Assembly: GCA_016718385.1 (NCBI GenBank)
Contig: JADKDK010000009.1
Coordinates: 44,311-108,310 of the forward strand
Source of the DNA: Gammaproteobacteria bacterium
GTDB lineage: Bacteria > Pseudomonadota > Gammaproteobacteria > Pseudomonadales > UBA5518
Reading direction: 5' to 3'
Length of the DNA stretch: 64,000 nucleotides
Shown: piece by piece, positions 1-11,517 of the stretch
Position numbering within the stretch: position 1 is the first letter of the stretch
Layout of the letters: the number at the start of each line of letters is the position of its first letter
The notes under the pieces: generated by a model
The model's input: the letters and a program-made list of their open reading frames with translations, nothing else
Databases searched by the model: none
Told to the model about the DNA's origin: nothing
Made by a program: the position numbers and the translations under genes

Positions 1-1
1 A

Positions 2-1039
2 ATGGAGCCCGGCACCTTCAAGGACCGCATGCTGCTCGAACAGCTGCCGCACCAGCTCATCGAGTCGATGGTCATCGCGGCCTGGGCGATCCAGGCCACG
101 CGCGGCTACATCTTCCTGCGCGGCGAATACGTGCTGGCCGCCGAACGCCTGCAGCGCGCGCTGGCCGAGGCGCGCGACAGCGGCTACCTGGGCGAGAACA
201 TCCGCGGCACCGGCTGGAGTTTCGATCTCTTCCTGCATACCGGGGCCGGGCGCTACATCTGCGGCGAGGAGACGGCGCTGATCAACTCGCTCGAGGGCCG
301 GCGCGCCAACCCGCGCGCCAAGCCGCCGTTCCCGCAGATCGCCGGCGCCTGGGGCCGGCCGACGATCGTCAACAACGTCGAGACCTTCTACAACCTGCCC
401 GAGATCCTGCTGCAGGGCGCCGACTGGTACAAGGGCCTGTCGCTGGGGCGCAGCACCGACGGCGGCACCAAGATCTACGGCGCCTCGGGGCGCGTGAAGC
501 GTCCCGGGCTGTGGGAACTGCCGATGGGTACCACGGGGCGCGAGATCCTCGAGCAGCACGCCGGCGGCATGCAGGACGGCCTGCGGCTGAAGGCCTGGCT
601 GCCGGGCGGCGCCTCCACCGACTTCCTGCTCCCCGAGCACCTCGACCTCGCGATGGACTTCGACACCATCGCCAAGGCGCGCAGCCGCCTCGGCACGGGC
701 CTGCTCGCCGTGGTCGACCACACCCAGGACATCGTCCCCGCGGTGCGCAACCTGCTGGAGTTCTTCGCACGCGAGTCCTGCGGCTGGTGCACGCCGTGCC
801 GCGACGGGCTGCCATGGTCGGTGAAGCTGCTGCGCGCGATCGAGCGCGGCGAGGGGCAGCCGGGCGACATCGAACGGCTCGAGCGCCTGACCGTGCAGCT
901 CGGGCCGGGCAAGACCTACTGCGCGCTCGCGCCCGGGGCCGTGGAGCCGCTGCAGAGCGCGCTGCGCTTCTTCCGCGCCGAGTTCGAGCGCGGCATCAAG
1001 GGCGGCGCGCAGGGCGCCGCGCGCAAGGAACACGCGTAA
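2..1039 (+). CDS. nuoF: NADH-quinone oxidoreductase subunit F (5' end lies outside the window)
   Basis: ORF 2..1039. It carries NuoF/51-kDa hallmarks [19 protein letters not shown] and [12 protein letters not shown] (4Fe-4S). Its stop overlaps the next start (TAATG). Confidence 0.92.
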   Translation: MEPGTFKDRMLLEQLPHQLIESMVIAAWAIQATRGYIFLRGEYVLAAERLQRALAEARDSGYLGENIRGTGWSFDLFLHTGAGRYICGEETALINSLEGRRANPRAKPPFPQIAGAWGRPTIVNNVETFYNLPEILLQGADWYKGLSLGRSTDGGTKIYGASGRVKRPGLWELPMGTTGREILEQHAGGMQDGLRLKAWLPGGASTDFLLPEHLDLAMDFDTIAKARSRLGTGLLAVVDHTQDIVPAVRNLLEFFARESCGWCTPCRDGLPWSVKLLRAIERGEGQPGDIERLERLTVQLGPGKTYCALAPGAVEPLQSALRFFRAEFERGIKGGAQGAARKEHA

Positions 1040-3741
1040 TGGCAACGATCCATATCGACGGCAAGAGCTACGAGGTCGAGGGCAGCGACAACCTGCTGCA
1101 CGCCTGTCTCTCGCTCGGGCTGGACATCCCCTACTTCTGCTGGCACCCGGCGCTGGGCTCCGTGGGCGCCTGCCGCCAGTGCGCGGTGAAGCAGTACGCC
1201 AACGCCGACGACACGCGCGGGCGGCTGGTCATGTCGTGCATGACACCCTCGAGCGACAACACGTATATCTCGATCGGCGACGAGGAAGCGCGCGAGTTCC
1301 GCAAGGGCGTGATCGAGTTCCTGATGACCAACCACCCGCACGACTGCCCGGTGTGCGAGGAAGGCGGCCACTGCCACCTGCAGGACATGACGGTGATGAG
1401 CGGGCACAACAGCCGCCGCTACCGCTTCACCAAGCGCACGCACCAGAACCAGGATCTCGGCCCGTTCGTCAACCACGAGATGAACCGCTGCATCGCCTGC
1501 TACCGCTGCGTGCGCTACTACAAGGACTATGCCGGGGGCAGCGACCTCGGCGTGTTCGGCGCCCACGACAACGTCTACTTCGGGCGCGTCGCCGACGGCC
1601 AGCTCGAGAGCGAGTTCTCCGGCAACCTCACCGAGGTCTGCCCCACCGGCGTCTTCACCGACCGCACCCATTCCGAGCGCTACAACCGCAAGTGGGACAT
1701 GCAGTTCGCCCCCAGCGTCTGCCAGCAGTGCGCGGTGGGCTGCAACACCAGCCCGGGCGAGCGCTACGGCGAGCTGCGCCGCATCGAGAACCGCTTCAAC
1801 GGCGAGGTGAACCACTATTTCCTCTGCGACCGCGGCCGCTTCGGCTACGGCTACGTGAACCGCGCCGACCGCCCGCGCCAGATGCTGGCGCGCGCGGGCA
1901 GCGAGTTCGAGGCCGCCACGCTGCAGGGCGGGCTGGAGCGCCTGGCCGAGGCGATGCGCTCGGCCTCGCGCCTGGTCGGCATCGGCTCGCCGCGCGCGAG
2001 CCTGGAGGCCAACTTCGCGCTGCGCCACCTGGTCGGCGCGGACAACTATTCGACCGGCATGGACGGCACGGAGGCCGCGCTGCTCGCGCGCGCGCTCGGG
2101 ATCCTGCGCACCGGTGCGGCGCGCACGCCGTCGCTGCGCGAGATCGAGACTTTCGACGCGATCCTGGTGCTCGGCGAGGACCTGACCCAGACCGCGCCGC
2201 GCATCGCGCTGGCGCTGCGCCAGGCCGTGCGCGGCCAGGCCACCGAGCTCGCGGCCTCGAAGAAGATATCCGCCTGGCAGGCCGAGGCAATCGCCACCAT
2301 CGGGCAGAAGGAACGCAACCCGCTGTTCATCGCCAGCGTCGATGCCACGCGCCTCGACGACGCCGCGCACGCCACCTGGCGCGCCACGCCGGCACGCATC
2401 GCCGCCCTCGGCGCGGCGGTCGCCCGCGCGCTCGATCCCGCGGCCCCTGCCAGCGGCAGCGATGCGGAAATCGATGCCTTCGCCGAGCAGGTCGCCGCGG
2501 CGCTCGCCGGCGCGAAGAAGCCGCTCGTCGTCTCCGGCACGGGGCTGCGCTCGGGGGCGATCCTCGACGCCTGCGCCAACATCGCCGTGGCGCTGAAGGC
2601 GCGCGGACAGGAGCCCGCGCTGACGCTGGCGCTGCCCGAGGCCAACAGCCTCGGGGTCGCGATGCTCGGCGGCAACGCCGTCGAGGCCGCGCTGGCCGGC
2701 GTCGACGAGGGCAGCGTGCTGGTGGTGCTGGAGAACGATCTCTACCGCCGCGCCGATGCCGCGCTGGTCGATGCCGCGCTGGCGCGCGCGCGCTGCGTGG
2801 TCGTGATCGACCACCAGCTGAGCGCCACCGGCGCGAAGGCGCACCTGCTGCTGCCGGCGGCGAGCTTCGCCGAGGGCGACGGCACGCTGGTCAGCAACGA
2901 GGGCCGCGCGCAGCGCTATTTCCAGGTCTACGATCCCGCCTACTACAACCTCGCCACCCAGGTGCGCGAGAGCTGGCGCTGGCTGGCCGGCATCCAGAGC
3001 GCGGAGAACCGCGTGCCGGTGGAATGGGAGACGCTGGACCAGATCACCGCGGCCTGCGCGCGCGAGAACCCCGCGCTCGCCGGCATCGTGGCTGCCGCGC
3101 CGGGGGCCGACACCCGCGTGCACGGGCGCCGCGTGGCACGCCAGCCGAACCGCTATTCGGGCCGCACCGCGATGCGCGCGAACATCTCGATGCACGAACC
3201 GCGTGCCCCGCAGGATCCCGACAGCGCGCTGGCCTTCTCGATGGAGGGCTACGGCGGCCCCGACGAGCCGGGTCCGCTGGTGCCCTTCGCGTGGAGCGCG
3301 GGCTGGAACTCGCCGCAGTCCTGGAACAAGTTCCAGGACGAGGTCGGCGGGCACCTGCGCCAGGGCGATCCCGGCATCCGCCTGATCGAGCCGGCGGCGA
3401 GCGCGGGCTACGTGCCCGTCGCCACCGCCGCCGCGAGCGATCTCGCGGTCGCGCCGCTGCACCACATCTTCGGCAGCGAGGAACTGTCGGCGCGCGCGCC
3501 GGTGACCGCGCAGAACGTGCCGGCGCCCTACGTGGCGCTGCATCCGCGCGAGGCCCGGCGCCGCGGCCTCGGCGCCGGCGTGACCGTGCGCGTCAGCGTC
3601 GGCGCGGTGCAGTTCGAGGCGCCGCTGGCGCTGCGCGAATCGCTCAGCGAAGGCGTCATCGGCATCCCCGCCGGGCTACCGGGCATGGGCTTCGCCTTCG
3701 TCGCCGCCACTGCCAGCGTCAGCACCGGAGGGCAGTCATGA
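1039..3741 (+). CDS. nuoG: NADH-quinone oxidoreductase subunit G (about 900 aa)
   Basis: ATG 1039 is in the frame of ORF 511..3741; the upstream part of that ORF is Arg/Ala-rich read-through over nuoF. The protein starts [13 protein letters not shown] and has the Cys clusters [24 protein letters not shown] and [10 protein letters not shown]. Confidence 0.92.
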   Translation: MATIHIDGKSYEVEGSDNLLHACLSLGLDIPYFCWHPALGSVGACRQCAVKQYANADDTRGRLVMSCMTPSSDNTYISIGDEEAREFRKGVIEFLMTNHPHDCPVCEEGGHCHLQDMTVMSGHNSRRYRFTKRTHQNQDLGPFVNHEMNRCIACYRCVRYYKDYAGGSDLGVFGAHDNVYFGRVADGQLESEFSGNLTEVCPTGVFTDRTHSERYNRKWDMQFAPSVCQQCAVGCNTSPGERYGELRRIENRFNGEVNHYFLCDRGRFGYGYVNRADRPRQMLARAGSEFEAATLQGGLERLAEAMRSASRLVGIGSPRASLEANFALRHLVGADNYSTGMDGTEAALLARALGILRTGAARTPSLREIETFDAILVLGEDLTQTAPRIALALRQAVRGQATELAASKKISAWQAEAIATIGQKERNPLFIASVDATRLDDAAHATWRATPARIAALGAAVARALDPAAPASGSDAEIDAFAEQVAAALAGAKKPLVVSGTGLRSGAILDACANIAVALKARGQEPALTLALPEANSLGVAMLGGNAVEAALAGVDEGSVLVVLENDLYRRADAALVDAALARARCVVVIDHQLSATGAKAHLLLPAASFAEGDGTLVSNEGRAQRYFQVYDPAYYNLATQVRESWRWLAGIQSAENRVPVEWETLDQITAACARENPALAGIVAAAPGADTRVHGRRVARQPNRYSGRTAMRANISMHEPRAPQDPDSALAFSMEGYGGPDEPGPLVPFAWSAGWNSPQSWNKFQDEVGGHLRQGDPGIRLIEPAASAGYVPVATAAASDLAVAPLHHIFGSEELSARAPVTAQNVPAPYVALHPREARRRGLGAGVTVRVSVGAVQFEAPLALRESLSEGVIGIPAGLPGMGFAFVAATASVSTGGQS

Positions 3742-4718
3742 GCTTCCTCTCGCCCGAAGTGGCCGCGGTGCTGTGGGCCGTCGTGAAGGCGGTCATCATC
3801 CTGCTGGCCGCGGTGATCTTCGCCGCCTACCTCAGCTTCATCGAGCGCCGCGTGCTGGCGCTGTGGCAGGACCGCTACGGCCCGAACCGCGTCGGCCCCT
3901 TCGGCATCTTCCAGCTGCCGGCCGACGTGGTGAAGATGCTGTTCAAGGAGGACTGGATCCCGCCGTTCGCGGACAAGCTGACGTTCCTGATCGCGCCGAT
4001 CATCGCGATGAGCGCGCTGTTCATCTCGTACATCATCATCCCGGTCACGCCGACGTGGTACGTGGCGGACTTCGACATCGGCATACTGTTCTTCCTGGCG
4101 ATGGCGGGCCTGGCGGTCTACGCGGTGCTGTTCGCCGGCTGGTCCAGCAACAACAAGTATTCGCTGCTCGGCGGCCTGCGCTCGGCCGCGCAGACCGTGA
4201 GCTACGAGGTGTTCATGGGGCTGTCGCTGATGGGCGTGGTGGCGCAGAGCGGTTCGTTCAACATGCGCGAGATCGTCGAGGCGCAGCGCGATCTGTGGTT
4301 CATCGTGCCGCAGTTCCTCGGCTTCTGCACCTTCGCGCTCGCGGGCATCGCGGTCACGCACCGCAGCCCCTTCGACCTGCCGGAAGCCGAGCAGGAACTC
4401 GCCGCGGGCTACCACACCGAGTACGCCGGGATGAAATGGGCGATGTTCTTCGTCGGCGAGTACATCGGCATCGTGGTGCTGTCCTCGCTGCTCGCCACGC
4501 TGTTCCTCGGCGGCTGGCTCGGGCCGGGGCCGGACTGGCTGGCGCCGCTGTGGTTCGTGGCGAAGACGCTGGTCTTCGTGATGCTGTTCATCCTGGTGCG
4601 CGCCGCGCTGCCGCGCCCGCGCTACGACCACCTGATGACGGCGGGCTGGATGGTCTGTCTCCCGATCACGCTGCTGAACCTGCTGGTGACCGGCGCCGTG
4701 CTGCTGGCCAAGGGTTGA
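3738..4718 (+). CDS. nuoH: NADH-quinone oxidoreductase subunit H
   Basis: ATG 3738 overlaps the nuoG stop (ATGA). Polytopic membrane protein with ND1-like motifs [21 protein letters not shown] and [23 protein letters not shown]. Confidence 0.92.
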   Translation: MSFLSPEVAAVLWAVVKAVIILLAAVIFAAYLSFIERRVLALWQDRYGPNRVGPFGIFQLPADVVKMLFKEDWIPPFADKLTFLIAPIIAMSALFISYIIIPVTPTWYVADFDIGILFFLAMAGLAVYAVLFAGWSSNNKYSLLGGLRSAAQTVSYEVFMGLSLMGVVAQSGSFNMREIVEAQRDLWFIVPQFLGFCTFALAGIAVTHRSPFDLPEAEQELAAGYHTEYAGMKWAMFFVGEYIGIVVLSSLLATLFLGGWLGPGPDWLAPLWFVAKTLVFVMLFILVRAALPRPRYDHLMTAGWMVCLPITLLNLLVTGAVLLAKG

Positions 4719-4722
4719 ACAC

Positions 4723-5268
4723 ATGAACCTGCTCCTGAAAATACTCGCGGGCATCGGCACCAACCTGCGCAGCATGTGGATGATCTTCTCGCGCGCCACG
4801 CGCGCGCGTGCCACGATCCAGTACCCCGAGCAGGCCGTGTACCTGCCCCCGCGCTACCGCGGGCGCATCGTGCTGACGCGCGACCCGGACGGCGAGGAGC
4901 GCTGTGTCGCCTGCAACCTGTGCGCCGTGGCGTGTCCCGTGGGCTGCATCGCGCTGCAGAAGGCCGAGAAGGACGACGGGCGCTGGTATCCGGAGTTCTT
5001 CCGCATCAATTTCTCGCGCTGCATCTTCTGCGGCATGTGCGAGGAAGCCTGCCCCACGACCGCGATCCAGCTCACGCCGGATTTCGAGCTGGCCGAGTAC
5101 AGGCGCGAGGACCTCGTGTACGAGAAAGAGGACCTGCTGATCGCGGGCAGCGGCAAGAACCCGGAATACAATTTCTACCGCGTCGCGGGCATGGCGATCG
5201 CGGGCAAGCCCAAGGGCGCCGCGCAGGACGAAGCCCTGCCCATCGACGTCCGGACGCTGCTGCCATAG
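4723..5268 (+). CDS. nuoI: NADH-quinone oxidoreductase subunit I
   Basis: 181-aa ORF with two 4Fe-4S ferredoxin motifs, [12 protein letters not shown] and [12 protein letters not shown]. Operon position fits. Confidence 0.92.
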   Translation: MNLLLKILAGIGTNLRSMWMIFSRATRARATIQYPEQAVYLPPRYRGRIVLTRDPDGEERCVACNLCAVACPVGCIALQKAEKDDGRWYPEFFRINFSRCIFCGMCEEACPTTAIQLTPDFELAEYRREDLVYEKEDLLIAGSGKNPEYNFYRVAGMAIAGKPKGAAQDEALPIDVRTLLP

Positions 5269-5281
5269 GGGGTCGGACACG

Positions 5282-5773
5282 ATGGAGCTGACTTTCTACA
5301 CCTGCGCCCTGGTGGCGATCCTCGCGACGCTGCGCGTCGTGACCAACGCCAACCCGGTGCACGCGCTGCTCTACCTCGTGGTCTCGCTGCTGGCGGTGGC
5401 GGGCGTGTTCTTCGCGCTCGGGGCGCCCTTCGCGGGCGCGCTCGAGGTGATCGTCTATGCCGGCGCCATCATGGTGCTGTTCGTGTTCATCGTGATGATG
5501 CTGAACCTCGGACCCGAAACGACGGCGCAGGAGCGGCAATGGCTGAAGCCGGCGACCTGGATCGGCCCGATGCTGCTGTCGGCGCTGCTGCTCGGCGCCC
5601 TGGTGTTCACGCTGGTCGGCGCCGACGCCCCGACGGGCAGCGCGACGGTGGGCCCGAAGGCGGTCGGCATCGCGTTGTTCGGCCCCTACGTGCTCGTCGT
5701 CGAGCTCGCCTCGCTGCTGCTGCTGGGGGCGCTGGTCGCGGCGTACCACCTCGGCCGCGACGACCACCACTGA
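5282..5773 (+). CDS. nuoJ: NADH-quinone oxidoreductase subunit J
   Basis: 163-aa hydrophobic ORF, ND6-like (LYLVVSLLAVAGVFFALGAPFAGALEVIVYAGAIMVLFVFIVMML). Operon position fits. Confidence 0.88.
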   Translation: MELTFYTCALVAILATLRVVTNANPVHALLYLVVSLLAVAGVFFALGAPFAGALEVIVYAGAIMVLFVFIVMMLNLGPETTAQERQWLKPATWIGPMLLSALLLGALVFTLVGADAPTGSATVGPKAVGIALFGPYVLVVELASLLLLGALVAAYHLGRDDHH

Positions 5774-5805
5774 GCGCCGGGAACAACCAATGATGGAATC
5801 GCGCC

Positions 5806-6123
5806 ATGATTGAAGCCGCATCGGTCCCCCTGGAGCACGCCCTCGCGCTGGCGACCGTGCTGTTCTGCACCGGCCTCGCGGGCCTGATGGTGCGGCGCAA
5901 CTTCCTGTTCATGCTCATGAGCCTCGAAGTCATGACCAACGCCGCGGCGCTCGCCTTCGTCGCCGCCGGCAGCCGCTGGGCGCAGCCCGACGGCCAGATC
6001 ATGTTCATCATGGTGCTGGCGCTGGCGGCCGCCGAGGCCTCGATCGGGCTCGCGCTGCTGCTGCAGCTCTATCGCCGCTTCCATACCCTCGATATCGACG
6101 TCGCCAGCGAGATGCGCGGATGA
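5806..6123 (+). CDS. nuoK: NADH-quinone oxidoreductase subunit K
   Basis: 105-aa ORF with three TM segments, ND4L-like ([17 protein letters not shown] ... [15 protein letters not shown]). Its stop overlaps the nuoL start (ATGA). Confidence 0.88.
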   Translation: MIEAASVPLEHALALATVLFCTGLAGLMVRRNFLFMLMSLEVMTNAAALAFVAAGSRWAQPDGQIMFIMVLALAAAEASIGLALLLQLYRRFHTLDIDVASEMRG

Positions 6124-7956
6124 GCTTCCTCTACCTCACTTTCCTCGCGCCGCTCGCCGGCTTCCTGCTGCTCGCCTTCTCGCGCGGGCGCCTCGGCGAG
6201 AACGCCGCCGCCATCATCGGCGCGGGCTCGGTCGGCGTGAGCGCGCTGGTCACGGCACTCGCGGCCGCGCAGTTCAGCGTCCCGGTGACGCAGGTGCTGT
6301 GGACCTGGATGCATATCGGCGACTTCGCGCCGCGCTTCGCCCTTTACCTCGACGGGCTCTCGCTCACGATGCTCGGCGTGGTCACCGGGGTCGGCTTCCT
6401 GATCCACGTGTTCGCCTCCTGGTACATGCGCGGCGAGGAGGGCTACTCGCGCTTCTTCGCGTACATGAACCTCTTCGTCGCCAGCATGGTGATGCTGGTG
6501 CTGGCCGACAACCTCGCCTTCCTCTACCTCGGCTGGGAAGGCGTGGGCATCTGCTCCTACCTGCTGATCGGCTTCTACTACCGCACGGTCGCCAACGGCA
6601 ACGCCGCGATCAAGGCCTTCCTGGTCACGCGCGTGGGCGATGTGTTCATGGCCATCGGCCTGTTCATCCTGCTGTCGCAACTCGGCACCCTCGACATCCA
6701 GGAACTGCTCGCGCGCGCGCCCGAGCGCTTCGCCAGCGGCGACCCGCTGATCGTCGCGGCCACGCTGATGCTGCTCGGCGGCGCGGTGGGCAAGTCCGCG
6801 CAGCTGCCGCTGCAGACCTGGCTCGCCGACGCCATGGCCGGCCCCACGCCGGTATCGGCGCTCATCCACGCCGCCACCATGGTGACCGCCGGCGTGTACC
6901 TGATCGCGCGCACGCACGGCCTGTTCGAGCTCGCGCCGCACGTGCTGGAACTGGTCGGCGCGGTGGGCGCCGTGACGCTGCTGATCGCCGGCCTGTGCGC
7001 GCTGGTGCAGACCGACATCAAGCGCGTGCTGGCCTACTCGACCATGAGCCAGATCGGCTACATGTTCCTCGCGCTCGGCGCCGGCGCGTATTCCGCCGCG
7101 ATCTTCCACCTGATGACGCACGCCTTCTTCAAGGCGCTGTTGTTCCTCGCGGCCGGCGCCGTGATCGTCGCCTGCCACCACGAGCAGAACATCTTCCGCA
7201 TGGGCGGCCTGCGCAAGCGCCTGCCGCTCGAATACGCGAGCTTCCTCGTGGGCGGCGGCGCGCTGTGCGCCCTGCCCTTCGTGACCGCGGGCTTTTTTCT
7301 CGAAGGACGAGATCCTCTGGGCCGAGTACACCACCGGACACCAGTTCCTGTTCCTGGCCGGGGTGGCAGGCGCGTTCCTGACCTCGCTCTACACCTTCCG
7401 CCTGATCTTCACCGTGTTCCACGGCGAGCAGCACACCGAGGCACACGCGGGCCGCGGTCTTGCCTACAGCGTGCCGCTGATCACGCTGCTCGTGCTGTCC
7501 ACCGGGCTCGGCGCGATGATCCACCCGCCGCTCGCCGAGGTCCTGCCGGTGCTGAAGGGACAGGTCGCGGAAGGCGAGCGCCACTTCGTGGAGATCCTCG
7601 CGGCCGGCGTCGGCATCGCCGGCATCGCGCTCGCGGCAGTGCTGTTCCTCGGCAAGCGCACGCTGGTCACCGGGCTCGCGAACAGCGCCGCAGGACGCTT
7701 CGTCGGCAACTGGTGGCTGAACGCCTTCGGCTTCGACGCGCTGTACAACGCGCTGTTCGTGCGTCCGTTCCTGTTCCTTGCGCGTTCCGGGCGCCGCGAC
7801 GCGCTCGACGGCACGATCGGCCTGCTGCCGGTCGGCGTGCGCGCGCTGAACCGCCTGGTGGTGCTGCCGCAGACCGGCAGGCTGCGCTGGTACGTGGCGT
7901 CGATAGCGCTGGGCGCGGTGCTGGTGGTGGGTTTCGTCGTGATCAACCTCGTCTAA
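6120..7956 (+). pseudogene. nuoL: NADH-quinone oxidoreductase subunit L, reading frame interrupted at a T6 run (7293-7298)
   Basis: The N-terminal part is in frame 0 up to ...[10 protein letters not shown]. The conserved continuation [37 protein letters not shown]... runs in frame +1 (ORF 7363..7956) to the stop at 7956. The span is 1837 nt (3n+1), and removing one T gives a NuoL of about 611 aa. Confidence 0.9.
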
Positions 7957-7971
7957 GGAAACGCTCGGCCC

Positions 7972-9501
7972 ATGCTGCTCGCCTGGCTGATACTCATCCC
8001 GATCCTCGGCGGCCTGCTGTGCTGGCAGACCGACCGCTTCGGCAACCTGCCGCGATGGATCGCGCTCGGCGCCATGACCGCGGTCTTCGCGCTGTCGCTC
8101 GAGCTCTGGGCGACCGGCGACTACAGCCTCGCGCACGGCATCCACGACGTGCCGCAGTGGCAGATGGAATTCGTGATGCCGTGGATTCCGAGCCTCGGCA
8201 TCAGCATCCACCTCGGCGTCGACGGCCTCTCGCTCGCGCTGATCGTGCTCACCGGCTTCCTCGGCATCCTGTCGGTGCTGTGCTCCTGGCGCGAGATCCA
8301 GCGCCGCACCGGCTTCTTCCACCTGAACCTGATGTGGATCATCGGCGGCGTGGTCGGGGTGTTCCTCGCACTCGACCTGTTCCTGTTCTTCCTGTTCTGG
8401 GAAATGATGCTGGTGCCGATGTACTTCCTGATCGCGCTGTGGGGACACCGCGCCGCGAGCAGCAAGTCGCGCATCTCCGCAGCCACCAAGTTCTTCATCT
8501 ACACGCAGGCCTCGGGCCTGGTGATGCTGCTGTCGATCCTCGGGCTGGCATTCGCGCATTTCGACGCCACCGGCGTGCTCAGCTTCGACTACGAGGTACT
8601 GCGCGGCACGGTGCTCTCCCCGGCGCTGGAATTCGTGCTGATGCTGGGCTTCTTCGTCGCCTTCGCGGTGAAGCTGCCGATCGTGCCGCTGCATGGCTGG
8701 CTGCCCGACGCGCACTCGCAGGCGCCGACCGCCGGCTCCGTCGACCTCGCCGGCCTGCTGCTGAAGACGGCCGCCTACGGCCTGCTGCGCTTTGGCCTGC
8801 CCTTCTTCCCCAACGCCTCCGAGGCCTTCGCGCCCATCGCGATGTGGCTCGGCATCGCCGGCATCTTCTACGGTGCCGTGCTGGCCTTCGCGCAGACCGA
8901 CATCAAGCGCCTGGTCGCCTACACCTCGATCTCGCACATGGGCTACGTGCTGATCGGCATCTACGCCGGCGGCGAGATGGCGCTGAAGGGCGCCGTGGTG
9001 CAGATGATCGCGCACGGCCTCTCGGCCTCGGCGCTGTTCATCCTGTGCGGCCAGCTCTACGAGCGCCTTCACACCCGCGACATGCGCGAGATGGGCGGTC
9101 TGTGGGCACGCCTGCCGTGGATTCCGCCCCTGGCGCTGTTCTTCGCCGCGGCCTCGCTGGGGCTGCCGGGCACCGGCAACTTCGTCGGCGAGTTCCTGAT
9201 CCTCGCGGGCAGCTACGCGGCGGCACCGCTGGTCGTGGTGCTCGCCACGGGCGGCCTCGTGCTCGCCTCGGCCTACTCGCTGATCATGGTCCACCGCAGC
9301 ATGTTCGGGCCCTCGCGCTCCGACGCCCCGATTGCCGCCGCTTCCACGCGCGAGGTCCTGATGCTGCTCAGCCTCGTGGCCACCATCGTGGGCCTCGGTC
9401 TCTATCCCCAGCCGGTGCTCGACCTCGCCGAGCGTCCGGTCGCGCTGGTGCAGCAGTATTACGCACCGGCGTCGAGCCAATCCGGAGCCACCTCGCCATG
9501 A
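7972..9501 (+). CDS. nuoM: NADH-quinone oxidoreductase subunit M
   Basis: 509-aa ORF with ND4/antiporter-like motifs WEMMLVPMYFLIALWG and LPDAHSQAPTAGSVDLAGLLLKTAAYGLLRF. Confidence 0.9.
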   Translation: MLLAWLILIPILGGLLCWQTDRFGNLPRWIALGAMTAVFALSLELWATGDYSLAHGIHDVPQWQMEFVMPWIPSLGISIHLGVDGLSLALIVLTGFLGILSVLCSWREIQRRTGFFHLNLMWIIGGVVGVFLALDLFLFFLFWEMMLVPMYFLIALWGHRAASSKSRISAATKFFIYTQASGLVMLLSILGLAFAHFDATGVLSFDYEVLRGTVLSPALEFVLMLGFFVAFAVKLPIVPLHGWLPDAHSQAPTAGSVDLAGLLLKTAAYGLLRFGLPFFPNASEAFAPIAMWLGIAGIFYGAVLAFAQTDIKRLVAYTSISHMGYVLIGIYAGGEMALKGAVVQMIAHGLSASALFILCGQLYERLHTRDMREMGGLWARLPWIPPLALFFAAASLGLPGTGNFVGEFLILAGSYAAAPLVVVLATGGLVLASAYSLIMVHRSMFGPSRSDAPIAAASTREVLMLLSLVATIVGLGLYPQPVLDLAERPVALVQQYYAPASSQSGATSP

Positions 9502-10928
9502 CGATAGGATCCACTGAGCTGCTCGCGCTCTCGCCGCTGCTCGTCACCGTGGCGACCGCGGTCATCGTGATGCTGTCGGTGGCCTGGCGCCGCCACCACT
9601 TCCTGAACGCCACGCTCACCGTCGCGGGCCTCAACGCGGCGCTGCTGGCGACTTTCATCACCAACGAGCAGATACCCGGTGTCATGGCCGTCACCGGGCT
9701 GCTGGTGCACGACGGCTATTCGCTGTTCGGCACCGCGGCGGTGCTGGTGTCCACGCTCGGCTGCGCGACGCTCGCGCACGCCTATCTCGAGGGCGTGAAC
9801 GACAACCGCGAGGAAATGTACCTGCTGCTGCTGATCGCGGCGGCCGGCGCCATCGTGCTGGTCAGCGCGCGCCACATGGTGTCGTTCCTGATCGGCCTCG
9901 AGCTGATGTCGATCCCGCTCTACGGCATGGTGGGTTACATCTACCGCGACAAGCGCTCGCTGGAGGCCAGCATCAAGTACCTGGTGCTGTCGGCCGCGGC
10001 CTCGACCTTCCTGCTGTTCGGCATGGCGCTGGTCTACGCGCAGACCGGCTCGCTCGCCTTCGCCTCGCTCGCGGGCGCCGTGCAGATGGGCGCGCCGCTG
10101 GTCACCATGGGCCTGGCCATGATCCTGGTCGGCATCGCCTTCAAGCTCTCGCTGGCGCCGTTCCACCTGTGGACCCCGGACGTCTACCACGGCGCGCCGG
10201 CGCCGGTGGGCGCCTTCCTCGCCACGGTGAGCAAGATCGCGGTGCTGCTGGTGCTGCTGCGCTGGTGGAACATGCTCGGCCTGGGCCAGACGGCGGTGTT
10301 CACCACGCTGCTGGCGACGCTCGCGGCGCTGTCGATCCTGGCCGGCAACCTGCTCGCCCTGCAGCAGGCCAACGTCAAGCGCCTGCTCGGCTACTCCTCG
10401 ATCGCGCATTTCGGCTACGTGCTGGTGGCGATCATCGCGGGCAACGAGCTCAGCTCCGACGCCGTGAAGGTCTACCTGCTGACCTACATGGCCGCCACCC
10501 TCGGCGCCTTCGGCGTGCTGACGCTGCTGTCCTCGCCCTACCGCGGCGACGACGCCCAGGGGCTCGCGGACCTGCGCGGCCTGTTCTGGCAGCGCCCATT
10601 CCTCGCGGCCGTGCTCACCCTGTCGGTGCTGTCGCTGGCCGGCGTACCGCTCACCGCGGGTTTCATCGCGAAGTTCTACGTGATCGCGACCGGCGTGAAG
10701 GCCGGCCTGTGGTGGCTGATCGCCGCCCTCGTGGCAGGCAGCGCGATCGGGATCTACTTCTACCTGCGCGTCATGGTGACCATGTTCCTGGCCACCCCGG
10801 GCAAGCGCCGCCTCGATGCCGCGCGCGACTGGGGCCAGCACTCCGGAGGCATCATGACGGTCATGCTCGCCCTGTTCACGCTGGCGGTCGGCCTGTACCC
10901 CCAGCCGCTGATCGACCTGCTGCAGTAG
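9498..10928 (+). CDS. nuoN: NADH-quinone oxidoreductase subunit N
   Basis: ATG 9498 overlaps the nuoM stop (ATGA) and lies in frame with the tail of ORF 6120..10928. ND2-like motif FKLSLAPFHLWTPDVYHGAPAPVGAFLATVSK. Confidence 0.9.
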   Translation: MTIGSTELLALSPLLVTVATAVIVMLSVAWRRHHFLNATLTVAGLNAALLATFITNEQIPGVMAVTGLLVHDGYSLFGTAAVLVSTLGCATLAHAYLEGVNDNREEMYLLLLIAAAGAIVLVSARHMVSFLIGLELMSIPLYGMVGYIYRDKRSLEASIKYLVLSAAASTFLLFGMALVYAQTGSLAFASLAGAVQMGAPLVTMGLAMILVGIAFKLSLAPFHLWTPDVYHGAPAPVGAFLATVSKIAVLLVLLRWWNMLGLGQTAVFTTLLATLAALSILAGNLLALQQANVKRLLGYSSIAHFGYVLVAIIAGNELSSDAVKVYLLTYMAATLGAFGVLTLLSSPYRGDDAQGLADLRGLFWQRPFLAAVLTLSVLSLAGVPLTAGFIAKFYVIATGVKAGLWWLIAALVAGSAIGIYFYLRVMVTMFLATPGKRRLDAARDWGQHSGGIMTVMLALFTLAVGLYPQPLIDLLQ

Positions 10929-10942
10929 GTTCTGCGGCCTCA

Positions 10943-11032
<90 letters not shown>

Positions 11033-11046
11033 CGCGCCTACGACGC

Positions 11047-11481
11047 TCAGTAGCGTCCGGTGATATAGCCTTCCAGCTGCTCGATGTGGTTGCGCTGCTG
11101 CGTGATCATGTGCATCACGACGTCGCCGATGGTCACCATGCCCACGAGCTCCTCGTCGTCGATGACCGGCAGGTGGCGGATGCGCCGTTCCGTCATCAGC
11201 TGCATGCACTCCTCGATCGACTGTTCCGGCGACACGGTGATCAGCGGCGAGCTCATCAGCTCGCTCACCAGCGTCTTGTGCGCCCGGCGACCCCGGATGA
11301 TGCCCTTGCGCGCGTAGTCGCGTTCCGAAAACATGCCGACCGGGCGGCCGTCGTCGACCACCACGAGCGCGCCGATCTGGTGGCTCGCCAGCAGCGTGAC
11401 CGCCGCATAGACCGTGAGCGAAACGTCCACGGTCCGCACGCCGGAGGGTTTGGCCGCCAGGATCTGGGTCACGTTGAGCAT
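11047..11481 (-). CDS. CBS domain pair protein
   Basis: 144-aa ORF with two CBS-like repeats (GALVVVDDGRPVGMFSERD and RHLPVIDDEELVGMVTIGDV). Confidence 0.8.
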   Translation of the reverse strand: MLNVTQILAAKPSGVRTVDVSLTVYAAVTLLASHQIGALVVVDDGRPVGMFSERDYARKGIIRGRRAHKTLVSELMSSPLITVSPEQSIEECMQLMTERRIRHLPVIDDEELVGMVTIGDVVMHMITQQRNHIEQLEGYITGRY

Positions 11482-11517
11482 GGACTCCCCCGCCGAATCT
11501 TGCGTAAAGCGCCGTTA

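Noticed and set aside
916-3543. Long antisense or alternative-frame ORFs, for example 916..3543(-), 7129..9480(-), 11527..14631(+), 16743..19532(-), 36514..38541(+), 41149..43425(+) and 48950..50485(+)
   Set aside because: All overlap well-supported genes on the other strand or frame. They have extreme Arg/Ala/Gly/Pro composition and no recognisable motifs. They are typical shadow ORFs of high-GC genomes.
7290-7302. Programmed +1 ribosomal frameshift or transcriptional slippage at TTTTTTC in nuoL
   Set aside because: No stimulatory element is evident (no upstream SD-like sequence, rare codon or stop). T6 is short for RNA polymerase slippage. Many other genes in the window show the same kind of defect, so a technical indel is more likely.
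6120-10928. 1602-aa ORF that would be by far the largest protein in the nuo region
   Set aside because: It is a composite: a genuine NuoL N-terminus, then about 2.2 kb of Arg/Ala/Pro/Gly-rich out-of-frame read-through across nuoL' and nuoM, then the genuine nuoN frame. GC-rich DNA lacks stop codons in off-frames.
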